DNA of 64,000 bases from a virus (lineage: Duplodnaviria; Caudoviricetes). Positions 8,993-19,852 of the stretch are shown piece after piece; within the stretch, counting starts at the first letter, position 1, and each line of letters starts with the position of its first letter. The position numbers were made by a program, and so were the translations under genes. The notes beneath the pieces were generated by a model. It did not search any database and was not told the DNA's origin. It was given only the letters and a program-made list of their open reading frames with translations. The stretch lies in the IMG/VR virus record IMGVR_UViG_3300029288_000123, positions 27,136 to 91,135 of that record. The stretch is one strand, 5' to 3'.

Positions 8993-10150
8993 ATGAATAA
9001 AGACTGTAAAATACTTATACAGGGGGGTTATGGATTTCATAATTGGGGAGATGATTTACAGTTATGGAATAATGTTCGTATTCTAAAAGAAAAAGGATTT
9101 AATAATTTAACGATAATGACCCCTAATTCTTATGTAGGAGAATTGTGTAAATGTACAACAACTGTATCGGGACACAGCATATTTTCTAAATCTATAAGAG
9201 GAACAGAACCAGAACTGTTTCGACAGTTTTGTTTAATAGAAGGAGCGTTGTTGCATAAAAAAACTAGTATTCTCAATAAAAACCACCAGTTATTAATAAA
9301 AAAGATAGAAGAATGTGATGTTCTGTTCTTTTCTGGAAGTGGAACTATAAATACAAGGCACTCTTATGGATTAATGGTATTTTTAACTCCTATTATGATA
9401 GCCAGTTATTTTAATAAACCCGTCATATTATCTGGTCAGGGATTTACACCTATGAATAATAGAAAGTTAGAAAAGTTTATTGGAGTAACTCTTAATAAAG
9501 TTACTAAAATATTTACTAGAGATTTTGAAGAAGGATTAAAAGCATTAAGAAAAACTAAAATTGACATGAAAAAAGTAGAAAAAAGTATAGATGACGCTTT
9601 TACTTCTCCTATTTCTAAAGTAGAATTACCAAAACTTAAACATGTGGGTATAAATATTTCTTGTTTTATTGTTCCCGCATTACATAAAGAATTTTATGAT
9701 TTAGGAAAACTCCTTCAGAAAAACGGTTACGTTCCAGTATTTAATTATTTTCAAAGTGAAGACAAACTATTAGAAATAATTACTAAAGGGGATTTTGCCG
9801 TCAGAAAATTTACATATCCTGAAGAAGTAACTACTTTTCATAAACATTTAATTGGTAATATTTGTATGCGGTATCATAGTATGATATTAAGTATTGCTCA
9901 GGAAACGCCTGTAGTAAATATATCTAGAGACGAATATCAGGTTTCTAAAGTTAAAGCAATTATCAATGAAACAGCAATTCCAAATATTTCTTTGCGTTTT
10001 GCAGAAACAAAAGTAGAAAACATGTATTCAACTTTAATGAAAGCAATAGAAAGTCAACCACCCAAATTAAAAGAAATAAATGAAAAATGGAGACCAAAAG
10101 CAAATTTAGCTATAAATTATTTAGAAAATTCGGAGGAAAATAATGTCTAA
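8993..10150 (+). CDS. polysaccharide pyruvyl transferase family protein
   Basis: GGYGFHNWGDD, SGSG, GQG..P, TRD, DDAF and MRYH motifs. Confidence 0.85.
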   Translation: MNKDCKILIQGGYGFHNWGDDLQLWNNVRILKEKGFNNLTIMTPNSYVGELCKCTTTVSGHSIFSKSIRGTEPELFRQFCLIEGALLHKKTSILNKNHQLLIKKIEECDVLFFSGSGTINTRHSYGLMVFLTPIMIASYFNKPVILSGQGFTPMNNRKLEKFIGVTLNKVTKIFTRDFEEGLKALRKTKIDMKKVEKSIDDAFTSPISKVELPKLKHVGINISCFIVPALHKEFYDLGKLLQKNGYVPVFNYFQSEDKLLEIITKGDFAVRKFTYPEEVTTFHKHLIGNICMRYHSMILSIAQETPVVNISRDEYQVSKVKAIINETAIPNISLRFAETKVENMYSTLMKAIESQPPKLKEINEKWRPKANLAINYLENSEENNV

Positions 10151-12215
10151 CAATTTATATTTGCAGGGTTACTTTGGGTTTGGTGATAGTATTTATCAAT
10201 ATCCTTTTATTAAAGAATTAGCTAAACAATATAATAAAATATATTTAAGAACACCTTTTCCTCAATTGTTTGATACCATACCAAACGTAGAATTTATTTT
10301 ACCGCCTGTAACTCAGTTAGCAACTTGTAATGAACATATTGAAAAATATCAATCAGTATTTACAAAATTACATAAAGTAGAATATACTAATTCCTTAGTA
10401 TTTCAATATCAACGAGCACATAAAAGGGGAATCGGAATGGCAGAAGCATTTAATAATGTTGTGCCAACTTTAAATAAATATCCTATTAACTGGTCTATTC
10501 CTATTAAACCCGAATGGATACAGGAAGCAAGTTCTTTTTTAAGAAAAATTCAAACATCAAAGAAAATTTGTATAATAAAACCGCCAAGTGTAAGAAAAGA
10601 ATGGTATAATATTGCTAGAGTAGGAGACCCGAAGTATTTTCAATATTTAGTTGATAAATATAAGGATGAATATTATTTTATTTCAGTAGGAAACAAACAA
10701 GTTGAAACAGAATTAAAAAGAATTAATGGAATAGATTTGCATTTAGATGCCGGAGAAATTTCAGTTAACGGAATTATTGCTCTTGTGTCTATGTCAGATT
10801 TAGTTATAGGGTATCATAGTTTTATTATTGCGGTGGGTATTGCTACGGGAACAAAAACCTTTTGTATTTTCGGGGGCTATATTCCGCCAGAATTGTGGAT
10901 AGATAAAGTTAGAATGGATATGACGAAAATAAGTTATGTCGCCCCCGCCCCATTTTGCAGTTGTTTTGATAGACACCATAAACATTGTAATAAACAAATT
11001 CCATTAGAAGATATAGACATTAAAATCGGGGCTTTGTTGAATAACGAAAATGTTTATATTCCTACAGGCGATAAAACCATCACCTCTATACCAACAATTT
11101 CTGCTGAGATTTCAAATCCTCCAAAACGAAAGAACATGTTAATCAGCCGTATCAGAGCCGAAAGATGTAATACATTGGCAAATAATCCTTGGATAAAAAA
11201 TACATTTGACATTTTTACTATTGACCATACTAATTTGAATATTTATAAACAATATAATGAAACATTTAAAGATAGTTTTAGATTTCCATATTCCGAAAAT
11301 CATTTACAAAATAAATATACAGATTCTCAAAAAACAGAAATTAAAGAATATTGTAAAGATATACTTCAAAAAAACGATATTCAAATAGTAATTAATTCAC
11401 ATCCATTACATACATTTAATCAAACCATGAAAGTTGCTTGTGGCGAATTAGGTATTAAATGTATTAATACAGAAATGTTTTGTGACCATAAAATGATATT
11501 TGATTGGAAAGGATGTCAATATACCAGAAATAATGAAATTTATGAGTTTGTAAATAAAATCCCTAAAGTATCTGATAGAACAATTATAGATTATCCTAAA
11601 ACAACCAGACAACCGCAACCTCATAATATTAATCGAGAAGAATTTTTTTTAAAATATAAAACCCCCCCCACGAAAGAATATATTGTTATGTTAGGACAAC
11701 TATCTTGGGATATGAGTGTTATTCAATCAACAAATAAACACTGTAATACATATTCAGATTATGTTAATTCTGTTCTTCAAAATAACCCTCAAACTACCTT
11801 TATTGTCAAACCGCACCCATTAGATATTCAGCGAGGGGAAGCCGATTTTATAAATATTTGTAAAAAATATTCAAATACAATATTAGTTAATGAAAGTTTA
11901 GAAAGTTTATTTAATATTTTTGATTATTTTACATCGTTTTCTTCAACTTCTATTTTTGAAGGTTTATTAAGAAATAAAAAATTTGCTACAATGGGTTATC
12001 ATTTTTGTAATAATGATAAATTAGTTTATCAATTAAGAATTCCAGAAAAAACTAAACATTTATATCAAAGTTTAAGCAAGTTAGAAATAGACCCTTATAT
12101 ACTAAAACAATATATTTATTTTGTTTGTAACTATTATACAGTTAAACAAAACACCGATAAGATTTTTTATCGGTTAATAATGAGCAGTGACGAGTATTTT
12201 AATCAAGTATTATAA
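10143..12215 (+). CDS. GT9-like glycosyltransferase fused to a KpsS/KpsC-like capsule synthesis domain
   Basis: N-terminal GFGD...heptosyltransferase-like GT-B; C-terminal GQ..DMS, IVKPHP, SSTSIFEGLL. Confidence 0.7.
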   Translation: MSNNLYLQGYFGFGDSIYQYPFIKELAKQYNKIYLRTPFPQLFDTIPNVEFILPPVTQLATCNEHIEKYQSVFTKLHKVEYTNSLVFQYQRAHKRGIGMAEAFNNVVPTLNKYPINWSIPIKPEWIQEASSFLRKIQTSKKICIIKPPSVRKEWYNIARVGDPKYFQYLVDKYKDEYYFISVGNKQVETELKRINGIDLHLDAGEISVNGIIALVSMSDLVIGYHSFIIAVGIATGTKTFCIFGGYIPPELWIDKVRMDMTKISYVAPAPFCSCFDRHHKHCNKQIPLEDIDIKIGALLNNENVYIPTGDKTITSIPTISAEISNPPKRKNMLISRIRAERCNTLANNPWIKNTFDIFTIDHTNLNIYKQYNETFKDSFRFPYSENHLQNKYTDSQKTEIKEYCKDILQKNDIQIVINSHPLHTFNQTMKVACGELGIKCINTEMFCDHKMIFDWKGCQYTRNNEIYEFVNKIPKVSDRTIIDYPKTTRQPQPHNINREEFFLKYKTPPTKEYIVMLGQLSWDMSVIQSTNKHCNTYSDYVNSVLQNNPQTTFIVKPHPLDIQRGEADFINICKKYSNTILVNESLESLFNIFDYFTSFSSTSIFEGLLRNKKFATMGYHFCNNDKLVYQLRIPEKTKHLYQSLSKLEIDPYILKQYIYFVCNYYTVKQNTDKIFYRLIMSSDEYFNQVL

Positions 12216-12222
12216 AAAACAC

Positions 12223-12251
12223 TTGACTTTTTTGAAATAATAGTATATAAT
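12223..12251 (+). promoter_or_regulatory. sigma70 promoter
   Basis: TTGACT-17 nt-TATAAT. Confidence 0.8.
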
Positions 12252-12270
12252 ACGAAAAGAAAGGTAAAAT

Positions 12271-12654
12271 ATGAATAAAAAATTGCAGAGCAAATTATAT
12301 AAAAAATATCCTGATTTATTTAAACAACACGCCCTTTCTCCAGACAAAACTTGTATGTGTTGGGGAATAGATTGTGATGATGGTTGGTATGATTTATTAG
12401 ATATACTTTGTGGATATATTGTTTCTAATGATAAAAATATAGAGGCTGTCCAGATTAAACAAAAATTCGGTGGGCTAAGATTTTATGTTAATTATAGTAA
12501 TGATGATATTGACAGAGCTATTTCTATAGCCGAAAGCTTAAGTTATAAAATATGTGAAAAATGCGGTTCTTACGTTGACAAAGTAAAGACAGTTCCATAT
12601 AATGGCTGGATACAAAGTTTATGTAATAAGTGTAGGAGAGAAAAGAAATCATGA
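12271..12654 (+). CDS. conserved phage protein with C-terminal zinc ribbon (paralog of 48147-48515)
   Basis: GW..LL, QIKQKFGGLRFY, CEKCG...C..C. Confidence 0.7.
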   Translation: MNKKLQSKLYKKYPDLFKQHALSPDKTCMCWGIDCDDGWYDLLDILCGYIVSNDKNIEAVQIKQKFGGLRFYVNYSNDDIDRAISIAESLSYKICEKCGSYVDKVKTVPYNGWIQSLCNKCRREKKS

Positions 12655-15589
12655 ATAACCACAATATTTTTGATACTGCTATTAAGGCGTTTAGACCCAC
12701 AAAATTAGGAAGTAACAAAGAAGATATAAATGCGTTTGTAATACAAGAAAACCCCTGTTCACAGAGTTCTGATATAAATTCAATGTCTAATTCTGATACA
12801 GTTGCTTTTTGGATATTAATAGTATCAGTTATTATAGTCTTTATTACTATGATTAGAAATAAATAAAATAATTTATTGAACCGAGAGAATTTCAAAACGG
12901 GAGAAAAATATTAGGTGGGACTGTAGAATAGGGTTAAAAACGCACAAAACGCCCCTTCTCGCTTGAGATTTTTAAAAAGGTAGGGTCGGATATGGGTAAA
13001 ACAAGTTTTGTGCTTAAAAAGGAATAAATAACGTGAAAACTATAAAAGACATTAAAGAACAAATAAAATCGAATATTATCGTTACTATTGTTTATTTGAT
13101 TTTTATAGTAATTGGAATTATAATATGTCCGTTTATATTTGTTGTTTATGGTTTTAGAGGGGTATGGAACGAACTGTTATTTTTTAAAACAATTTTCTGT
13201 AACAGAAAACAGTTTAATAAAGAAATAAATAATGGTAAGTAAGGATAAATTATGACAAAAAAACAACTTAAAAAGTTAAAAAAAGATATTTATAAATATT
13301 ATTTTAGAAATGGGCAATGTATATATTATGATATTCCTGAAATGCCCGTAAAAAAAGGTGTGTGGTCAAGGGCAGTAGATGTACAGTTTGTAAATAAAAA
13401 CGGAGAAGAAAAATTCTTTCCTTTTGAAATCTGGACATATATAATGGCTGAATATATTGAGAGGTGTGAAGCAGATATACATTTTGGTGATTTTTCAAAA
13501 AATTGGTATAAAGTAGAAAATATCTCTGGGTTTGCTAATAAACCTTTATTTATTGATGATATTTTTTTCCTTAAAAAAGAAGAGTTTATTACTAAAAAAG
13601 ATGTTGAATCTTGTATTAAGTATTTTCTTAAACAAATTTTAGGAATATTTTTTATGTTTCATATTAAAGAATATAAACCAAGTAAGGAGTAAAAGATGAA
13701 ATATCTAAAGGTTGAAGATTTACGACCAGAAGACGCAGGGAGAAAGGTTGATGTTATTTTGGGAGAGTGCCATATTACCGACGGTAAACTGCAATATAAG
13801 AACGGGGAGTATTGCATTTGTCAGAACAAAGCCCCCGATACTTGCGGAAAAACAGAAAATATAAAGAAAGAAAAAAATACAACTTTTAGTGTTTATAAAA
13901 CTAAATTGAATGGATATACACAGTTGTTTATTTTAGACCCCGAAAAAGAGTTTTTTGAAGTAATAGCGAATTACGTTAAAATAAATAAATACGATTATCC
14001 AGATATAAGTGTTGAATGGTTAGGAGAAGCAGAAAAAATATGAATATAGATTTTGATAGATATTTTTTTAGAGTATTGGATTATTTAAGAATATGGCTAA
14101 AGCATGTATTTACAAGGCTAGGGTTAAGGGATAAACAGTCCTGTAAACACTGTGGAAGAAATCAGTTTCTTATATGGTCAGTAAAAGATAAATTATGGAA
14201 TGAAATACCCAAAAAATATAGAGACCATTCTTTATGTATAGAATGTTTTATAAAATTATGTCCTAAAAAAATAAAATTAACAGATTTTGACTTTATAGAA
14301 AAAGGAGAATAATATGATATTATTTTTTATATTTTGGTTTTTATGTGGATTATTAGGAGCAAGAATAGCATATAAACATTATGAAGAAGAATATAAGGAA
14401 TTTCCTGAGTTAATCAAATATTTTATATTTGATTGGTGTGTATATGGTGTTTTGTTTTTCAGTGGTTTTGTGGGATTAATTATAGCATATGCAACTTATG
14501 GAAAGGATTGAATAAAAAGAGTATATAAAAAAGGACAAAAATGGGGGTTTTTATGGATTTATCTGAGATGAGAGAAGAACAAAAAAGATTAGAAGACACA
14601 TTAAACTATTTTTCTAAAAAGTGTAAGATGTCAACAAAAAAGTTTATCAAAAAATTTGACGGGGGCGATGAATTAAATATATCTGACATCACGCAGCTAG
14701 AATGGAAAATAGCGTATGAAAAATATCATGCTATTAAAAATTATCTTTTTATAAATACTGCAAGTTTAATATTAGATAACTTTAAACAAACTTATTTTTT
14801 CTGACTCGGAGAATTTTATAGTGTGTAAATGGGGAACGCTTAAAAAAGTAAAATTGTGTAAACCTTCTGGGCTATCTAAAAGGATTGAAATTAATGTAGA
14901 CGCTTGTATAGCAGATTTAATTCAAGCATTAAATAACGCAAACATAGAAACTGTTGCTTCTTGTTGTGGACATGGAAAAGGACTGGGAATCGTTTCTTTG
15001 AAAGACGGTAGAGAATTACATATTTCACCGGATTTTAAATCAGCGAGAAAATTAGAAAAGTTATATTATGAAAAAAATATTAAGTAGTCAATTAATTAAA
15101 GAAGCCAGAGAGGAAGTTTTAAAAAGATTGTCTATACCAAAATATCTCAAAAATAATTTTGATATAAAATTAAAAAAAGATAAACTACGTATAAATGATA
15201 AATAAAATATTAATATATTATTATTTATGGAAATATAGACATTGTAAATTACAATTAATAGATTTTTTATTAAAAAATATAAGGTTGGATATTCCAAATT
15301 ATTCAATTCTAACATTATTTAAAAACTTTAAATCTTCAATACAACAAAAGAAAGGATGAAAATGAGAAAAGGAGATATTGTTAGATTAACATTATTAGAC
15401 CACGCAAGAAAAGATGAGCTTCTTCATATTATTGCTTATGGAGAAATTAAAGAAATTACTGATGAAAAAGTAACTTTAATTATGTGGAAAGTGTTAGATG
15501 ATGAGTTTAATAATAATAATGAAGAAATGAGTATCGTAAGGTCTTGTATAATTAAAACAGAAATATTAACGGAAAAAGATTTTTTTTAG
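12651..15589 (+). other. array of ~11 small hypothetical genes (12651-12866, 13033-13242, 13252-13692, 13696-14043, 14040-14312, 14314-14511, 14541-14804, 14821-15087, 15068-15205, 15195-15359, 15356-15589)
   Basis: Tightly packed co-oriented ORFs with SD sites; several have TM helices or Cys pairs; 14821 carries a VD.CI...TVASCCGHG motif. Confidence 0.65.
12936..12997 (+). repeat. bipartite intergenic element, copy A
   Basis: AAAAACGCACAAAAcgcccctTCTCGCTTGAGATT followed by AGGTAGGGTCGGATAT. Confidence 0.75.
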
Positions 15590-15656
15590 GGTTGATATGC
15601 TTCAATAATAATCATATATAATTAAAGTCTCGGATACTGTATCCACCGTCTACCTT

Positions 15657-15686
15657 TGTCGCAAAAAGTATATAGTATTTGCGACA
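15657..15686. other. 30-bp palindromic site 1 (tyrosine-recombinase/dif-like)
   Basis: TGTCGCAAAAAG-TATATA-GTATTTGCGACA; 28/30 identical to the reverse complement of 63748-63777. Confidence 0.7.
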
Positions 15687-15749
15687 TTGTTTATTCTCTG
15701 TTCAGCCATTTTCTCTCCTATTCAACGCTGTTAATTTTTGCTATACTTG

Positions 15750-16010
15750 CTACTCTTCAATTTTCTTTTTCTCAAGTTCAGATATTTTTTCATCCCGATT
15801 TTTAGCTTTAATCTTTAAATACTTTTTGTCTATCATCTTGTCGGCTTCATTTATTGCCTGTAACCTAAACCATTCTTCAGCTCCGATTTCTGAAACTTCT
15901 TCTTTAGCCTCAAAATAAGGAACATATTTGTCGTCGAGCGTTACGGTATAATCTTTAGCTTGAACCATTGACGCTAATAATATGCTAACTACAATAAATA
16001 TTTTTTTCAT
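15750..16010 (-). CDS. small protein with N-terminal signal/hydrophobic segment, downstream of the tail fibre
   Basis: MKK-hydrophobic-VQA N-terminus. Confidence 0.6.
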   Translation of the reverse strand: MKKIFIVVSILLASMVQAKDYTVTLDDKYVPYFEAKEEVSEIGAEEWFRLQAINEADKMIDKKYLKIKAKNRDEKISELEKKKIEE

Positions 16011-19000
16011 TGTAACTCCTTGATTTTTTTAAAATCTTCTTTTGTCAACCTGATACCTTGAAATTCAATAAAAGTTTCAGTAACCGCAAATATCGGTTTA
16101 GCATCTGTTGGCATCTTTTCTGTTACCACACCTGCTTTAAAATGGGTATTCCCTATTGCTATACCTTTGGGGTAACCTTCGTATTTTTCAGCTTCTAATA
16201 TTCGCCAATCGTTAAGCATAGAATAATCTGAACCATTAACAAGGTCAGCCCAAACATTAGCCCATTGCCTAGTTGTTTGAGTTCCTAAATCTCTTGTCCC
16301 GTCAGCTTCGGGGTTAATATCGCCAGTTACGGTGTAATCTCCTGATGCAAGTGTGCCTGCAGTAGTAATATCAAAATCGCCAAAATCCGAATCACCATAA
16401 AAATATGTTTTACCGTCTGTTCCTATTTTGAAATAATTAGAATAATTCGCCCCAACCTTTTTAGATATATAAAAATTATGGTCTGAAGATGACGGTTGTC
16501 TTATTTCCCATTCGGCTATTTGTCCACCATTATAAAATCGGTATCCTACAGAACCCGGAGCCCCAGCGTCTCGATAGTTGTAAATTAATCCAGCATCGGC
16601 AATATATACAGGTTGATACAAATATGTAGTTGAATCTGTAAATTTCAACAAATTAGTCGTTTCCCTATCAATTTTCATGTTACTACTATCAGAATGGTCT
16701 ATAAACCAACACCAATCTATATTTGACTGTTCATCTCTCAAATGAAACCCGCAATCTTGACCCGTCGCATCTGTCCCGCCCTTTAAATTTATGTTACACG
16801 CCGCAGCGTCAAGATTTGAAACACTCGAATTGTCTATATCAAAAGCGTATTGATTGCCGTTAGCACTGTCTAATCGAAGTTCAGTGTTAAGTGTAAATGT
16901 CGTATCGGTGTTAAATGTTAAATTTCGTATATCAACTATATCTGTTCCATTCATATCTATGGCATCGTAACTACCGTAAGAAGGTCGGGTAAATTTTATA
17001 CCTGTAGTATTCCAACCAGCTAAATCTATTCCTACATCCCACCCTTTATCATCATTAAAATTGTCAACTATCTTTATTGCTCTTGTGCAATGATACGTTG
17101 AATACTCTGTTGATAACCGGATTCCCGTCATACATGGAGATGACCCGTCATCTAACATATCAGCGTTGGTATTAACACAATCAAGTTCAGCCGCTACACC
17201 ACCAGCGTTATATCCATTATTCCAGACATGACCCCAAAACGCCCAACCTGTATCACCGCCTGTTCCTGAACCAGCGTCTGTCCTGTCCCCCATAGCAAGT
17301 ATCTGAGAACCGATAGACACAAAATCACCTCTATTCGGTCCATAGTTTAATCCATAATGCATAAGCCCTGTATAATGACCCGTTTGACTTGCTCCCATAA
17401 TAGTTTCAAAATCGTAACCTAACCTATGGTTTCCGGGTGGTGTTCCACCTGAACCCACTGAAGTTTGAACCCAATGTTGATACCTTAAAAACGGCTCTTC
17501 GCTTGTTATATACGAACCCGACGCTCCTCTGTTACCATACAAAATCGCCGGAGTTTCATCTTGATTGGCAAACCTGCCGAGGTCAGAATATGTCCCTGTT
17601 CCCCATGTATTAAGCCCAGTAGTAGTCAACGCCCCATTAACTGTAACACTATCAGAGGCTATCTGAATAAGGTCGGTATCAGCGGTTAACCCTATATCTC
17701 CGCCGTCTACAATTAAGTTACCGCCGGAAGTAATAAGCCCTGAAGTTGTTATAGTTGTAGGCGTAGCGATAGCACCTGTTAAAGTCAACCCTACAAACGT
17801 CGGGCTACTGGCTTGTTTAACTGCTTGGTCGAGATAATCTGCAAACTGATACCCGTCCCACAGGTCGGCGTTAAGGTTAGTATTGACTGTGGTTGAGGTG
17901 ATAACAAATGGAGCTGTTCCGTCTGCTAAAGAATTTGTAAGTTGGTTATTCATTCCTATCGTAGTTACACCGGATAAAGCTCCGTCATCAAGAGTTGCTG
18001 TTCCGTCAGTAAGAGACGTTCCTGTTATTGCCCCTGCTCCAAGTGTGCCGGTAGTTAGAAATGTTCCACTACCTAAATCTACGTTGTCATTAGCGGTATG
18101 AGGGGAAAGAGTGGTGTCGGTTCTATCCCACAAGTTCTCAGCTTCAACCGCATCATCCACATAACCTTGAGTAACAAGTTTATCGTTATCGCCTGTCCCT
18201 GTTGAGACAGACGCTATACTGGTTTCAACACTGTTAATAGTAAAATCTAAATAGGTTGGTGCGACTATATCAAGGTGATTAGCGTCGGCTGATGATATGT
18301 TGGTATATGTATCTCTAAAATATAAAAACCCGGTTGAATTTAAAAATATGTCATCTGAGAATTTAAAATAATCTTCATCTTCCATCCACTCTAAAAGACC
18401 GCTGTTAGTTGTGCCAACAAACTCAAGCCGGACATCAGTGTCGGCAGAAACCATATTGAATCTATGAGCAGTATAAACATAATAATCTAAATATCCTTCG
18501 CTTGCTCCGTCTATATACGCTTTCCTTTCGGCTGTGCCGTCCTCTTCTCCGCTATCATTAAAAATAACCCTATTAATATATCCTTCATTCCAATATTTAA
18601 CTCCACCCTTGCTATCCACAGGTTTACCAACAACATAGTCATTATTTTCGGTGTTAGGAGTCCACCAAGCTCCATGAGATATAACAGCTCCAACACCAGA
18701 ATCACCGCCGGACTGAAATGCTATACCCCTATTCCCACTTGAATCTCTATCTTTCGTACACCACCATTCAAGACGATAATCAGCTTGCAAATATAAAGCA
18801 TAATTAGATTGGTAAGCATCATAAACAGCCCAAATTTTTTGTGAATCATGCCCTGTTTCAGAAGAAATAAAATCAAATTTTATATCATAAGAAGATTCAT
18901 TGTCTTCATCGCCTTCCTCAAATGATTTCATAATTAAATCACCATACATAAACAAACTATTTTCAGAAGCATCCCAAAACATTTTTTGACCACTATTATC

Positions 19001-19837
19001 TCCATAAACCACAAAATCCAACCCAGCCTCATCATCGCCTATATAAACTTCTGCTCCTGTGAACCAATGTCTATTAACAGCAGAATAATTTAGAGTGCTT
19101 GTTCCCCCCCTTATATATCCTCTACTTACATCATTAACATCTTTAAACCAAATTCCTAAAATATCGTTATCAACAAGAATATCGCTTATATTATCATTAT
19201 TTCTAAAAAAATCTATACTTGTTTCTTGAAGTTTTCCCAACCCGTCATCATAAATAACAATTTGTTGTCTGTTATCTATATAAGCACTGTCGGCGGTATT
19301 ATCATAATCTTTTTGGTCAATAACATCCTCAGCATCACCCGCTACAGGAATTCTAACTGCCCCTATAGTACAACTATCAATTAGTTCAGAAGTATTAACA
19401 GAAACATTAGCATATCCGCCGGAAACATTTGTTAATTGAATATAAAATATTGTTGTATTCGGATTATCTGATAAAGGAATTTCTAAATTAGAAATATCAG
19501 ATTGTAATTCAAATACTTTTCCTGCATATAAAGCAGTTCCCGAAGAAATATTAACATAAGAATCGGCGGGGGTGTTTTGTGTAATTATTAATCCATCAAT
19601 AATAATCGGAGTCAACGATATTTGGTTTAGAAAATCGTTTATAGTATTTATAGACAAAGAAATAGACGGGTCTGTTCCAAAATTGATTTCAGACCCGAAG
19701 ATTCTTGCTCGTGATATATTTCTTTGACTTAATTGAGCGTTTTTTGTTGCTTGATTGAGTTTAGTATCAATCAAATCTGATACTTGTCTAAATAATTTTT
19801 TTGTAGTTTTTGATACTTGATTTTTTGTTTTTTTCAT
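16007..19837 (-). CDS. tail fibre/receptor-binding protein
   Basis: 1276 aa, G/T/S/D-rich beta-repeat character, last large gene of the tail module. Confidence 0.75.
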   Translation of the reverse strand: MKKTKNQVSKTTKKLFRQVSDLIDTKLNQATKNAQLSQRNISRARIFGSEINFGTDPSISLSINTINDFLNQISLTPIIIDGLIITQNTPADSYVNISSGTALYAGKVFELQSDISNLEIPLSDNPNTTIFYIQLTNVSGGYANVSVNTSELIDSCTIGAVRIPVAGDAEDVIDQKDYDNTADSAYIDNRQQIVIYDDGLGKLQETSIDFFRNNDNISDILVDNDILGIWFKDVNDVSRGYIRGGTSTLNYSAVNRHWFTGAEVYIGDDEAGLDFVVYGDNSGQKMFWDASENSLFMYGDLIMKSFEEGDEDNESSYDIKFDFISSETGHDSQKIWAVYDAYQSNYALYLQADYRLEWWCTKDRDSSGNRGIAFQSGGDSGVGAVISHGAWWTPNTENNDYVVGKPVDSKGGVKYWNEGYINRVIFNDSGEEDGTAERKAYIDGASEGYLDYYVYTAHRFNMVSADTDVRLEFVGTTNSGLLEWMEDEDYFKFSDDIFLNSTGFLYFRDTYTNISSADANHLDIVAPTYLDFTINSVETSIASVSTGTGDNDKLVTQGYVDDAVEAENLWDRTDTTLSPHTANDNVDLGSGTFLTTGTLGAGAITGTSLTDGTATLDDGALSGVTTIGMNNQLTNSLADGTAPFVITSTTVNTNLNADLWDGYQFADYLDQAVKQASSPTFVGLTLTGAIATPTTITTSGLITSGGNLIVDGGDIGLTADTDLIQIASDSVTVNGALTTTGLNTWGTGTYSDLGRFANQDETPAILYGNRGASGSYITSEEPFLRYQHWVQTSVGSGGTPPGNHRLGYDFETIMGASQTGHYTGLMHYGLNYGPNRGDFVSIGSQILAMGDRTDAGSGTGGDTGWAFWGHVWNNGYNAGGVAAELDCVNTNADMLDDGSSPCMTGIRLSTEYSTYHCTRAIKIVDNFNDDKGWDVGIDLAGWNTTGIKFTRPSYGSYDAIDMNGTDIVDIRNLTFNTDTTFTLNTELRLDSANGNQYAFDIDNSSVSNLDAAACNINLKGGTDATGQDCGFHLRDEQSNIDWCWFIDHSDSSNMKIDRETTNLLKFTDSTTYLYQPVYIADAGLIYNYRDAGAPGSVGYRFYNGGQIAEWEIRQPSSSDHNFYISKKVGANYSNYFKIGTDGKTYFYGDSDFGDFDITTAGTLASGDYTVTGDINPEADGTRDLGTQTTRQWANVWADLVNGSDYSMLNDWRILEAEKYEGYPKGIAIGNTHFKAGVVTEKMPTDAKPIFAVTETFIEFQGIRLTKEDFKKIKELQ

Positions 19838-19852
19838 ACTTTTCTCTTATAG

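Noticed and set aside
15088-15315. Minus-strand 75-aa ORF
   Set aside because: Shadow of two short + strand ORFs (15068-15205, 15195-15359) that fit the operon
15657-15686. Protelomerase (telRL) site
   Set aside because: Short imperfect arms, present in two copies, and no protelomerase in the window; telRL sites are longer near-perfect palindromes
16007-19837. Diversity-generating retroelement targeting the tail fibre
   Set aside because: No reverse transcriptase and no TR/VR pair with adenine-only mismatches was seen
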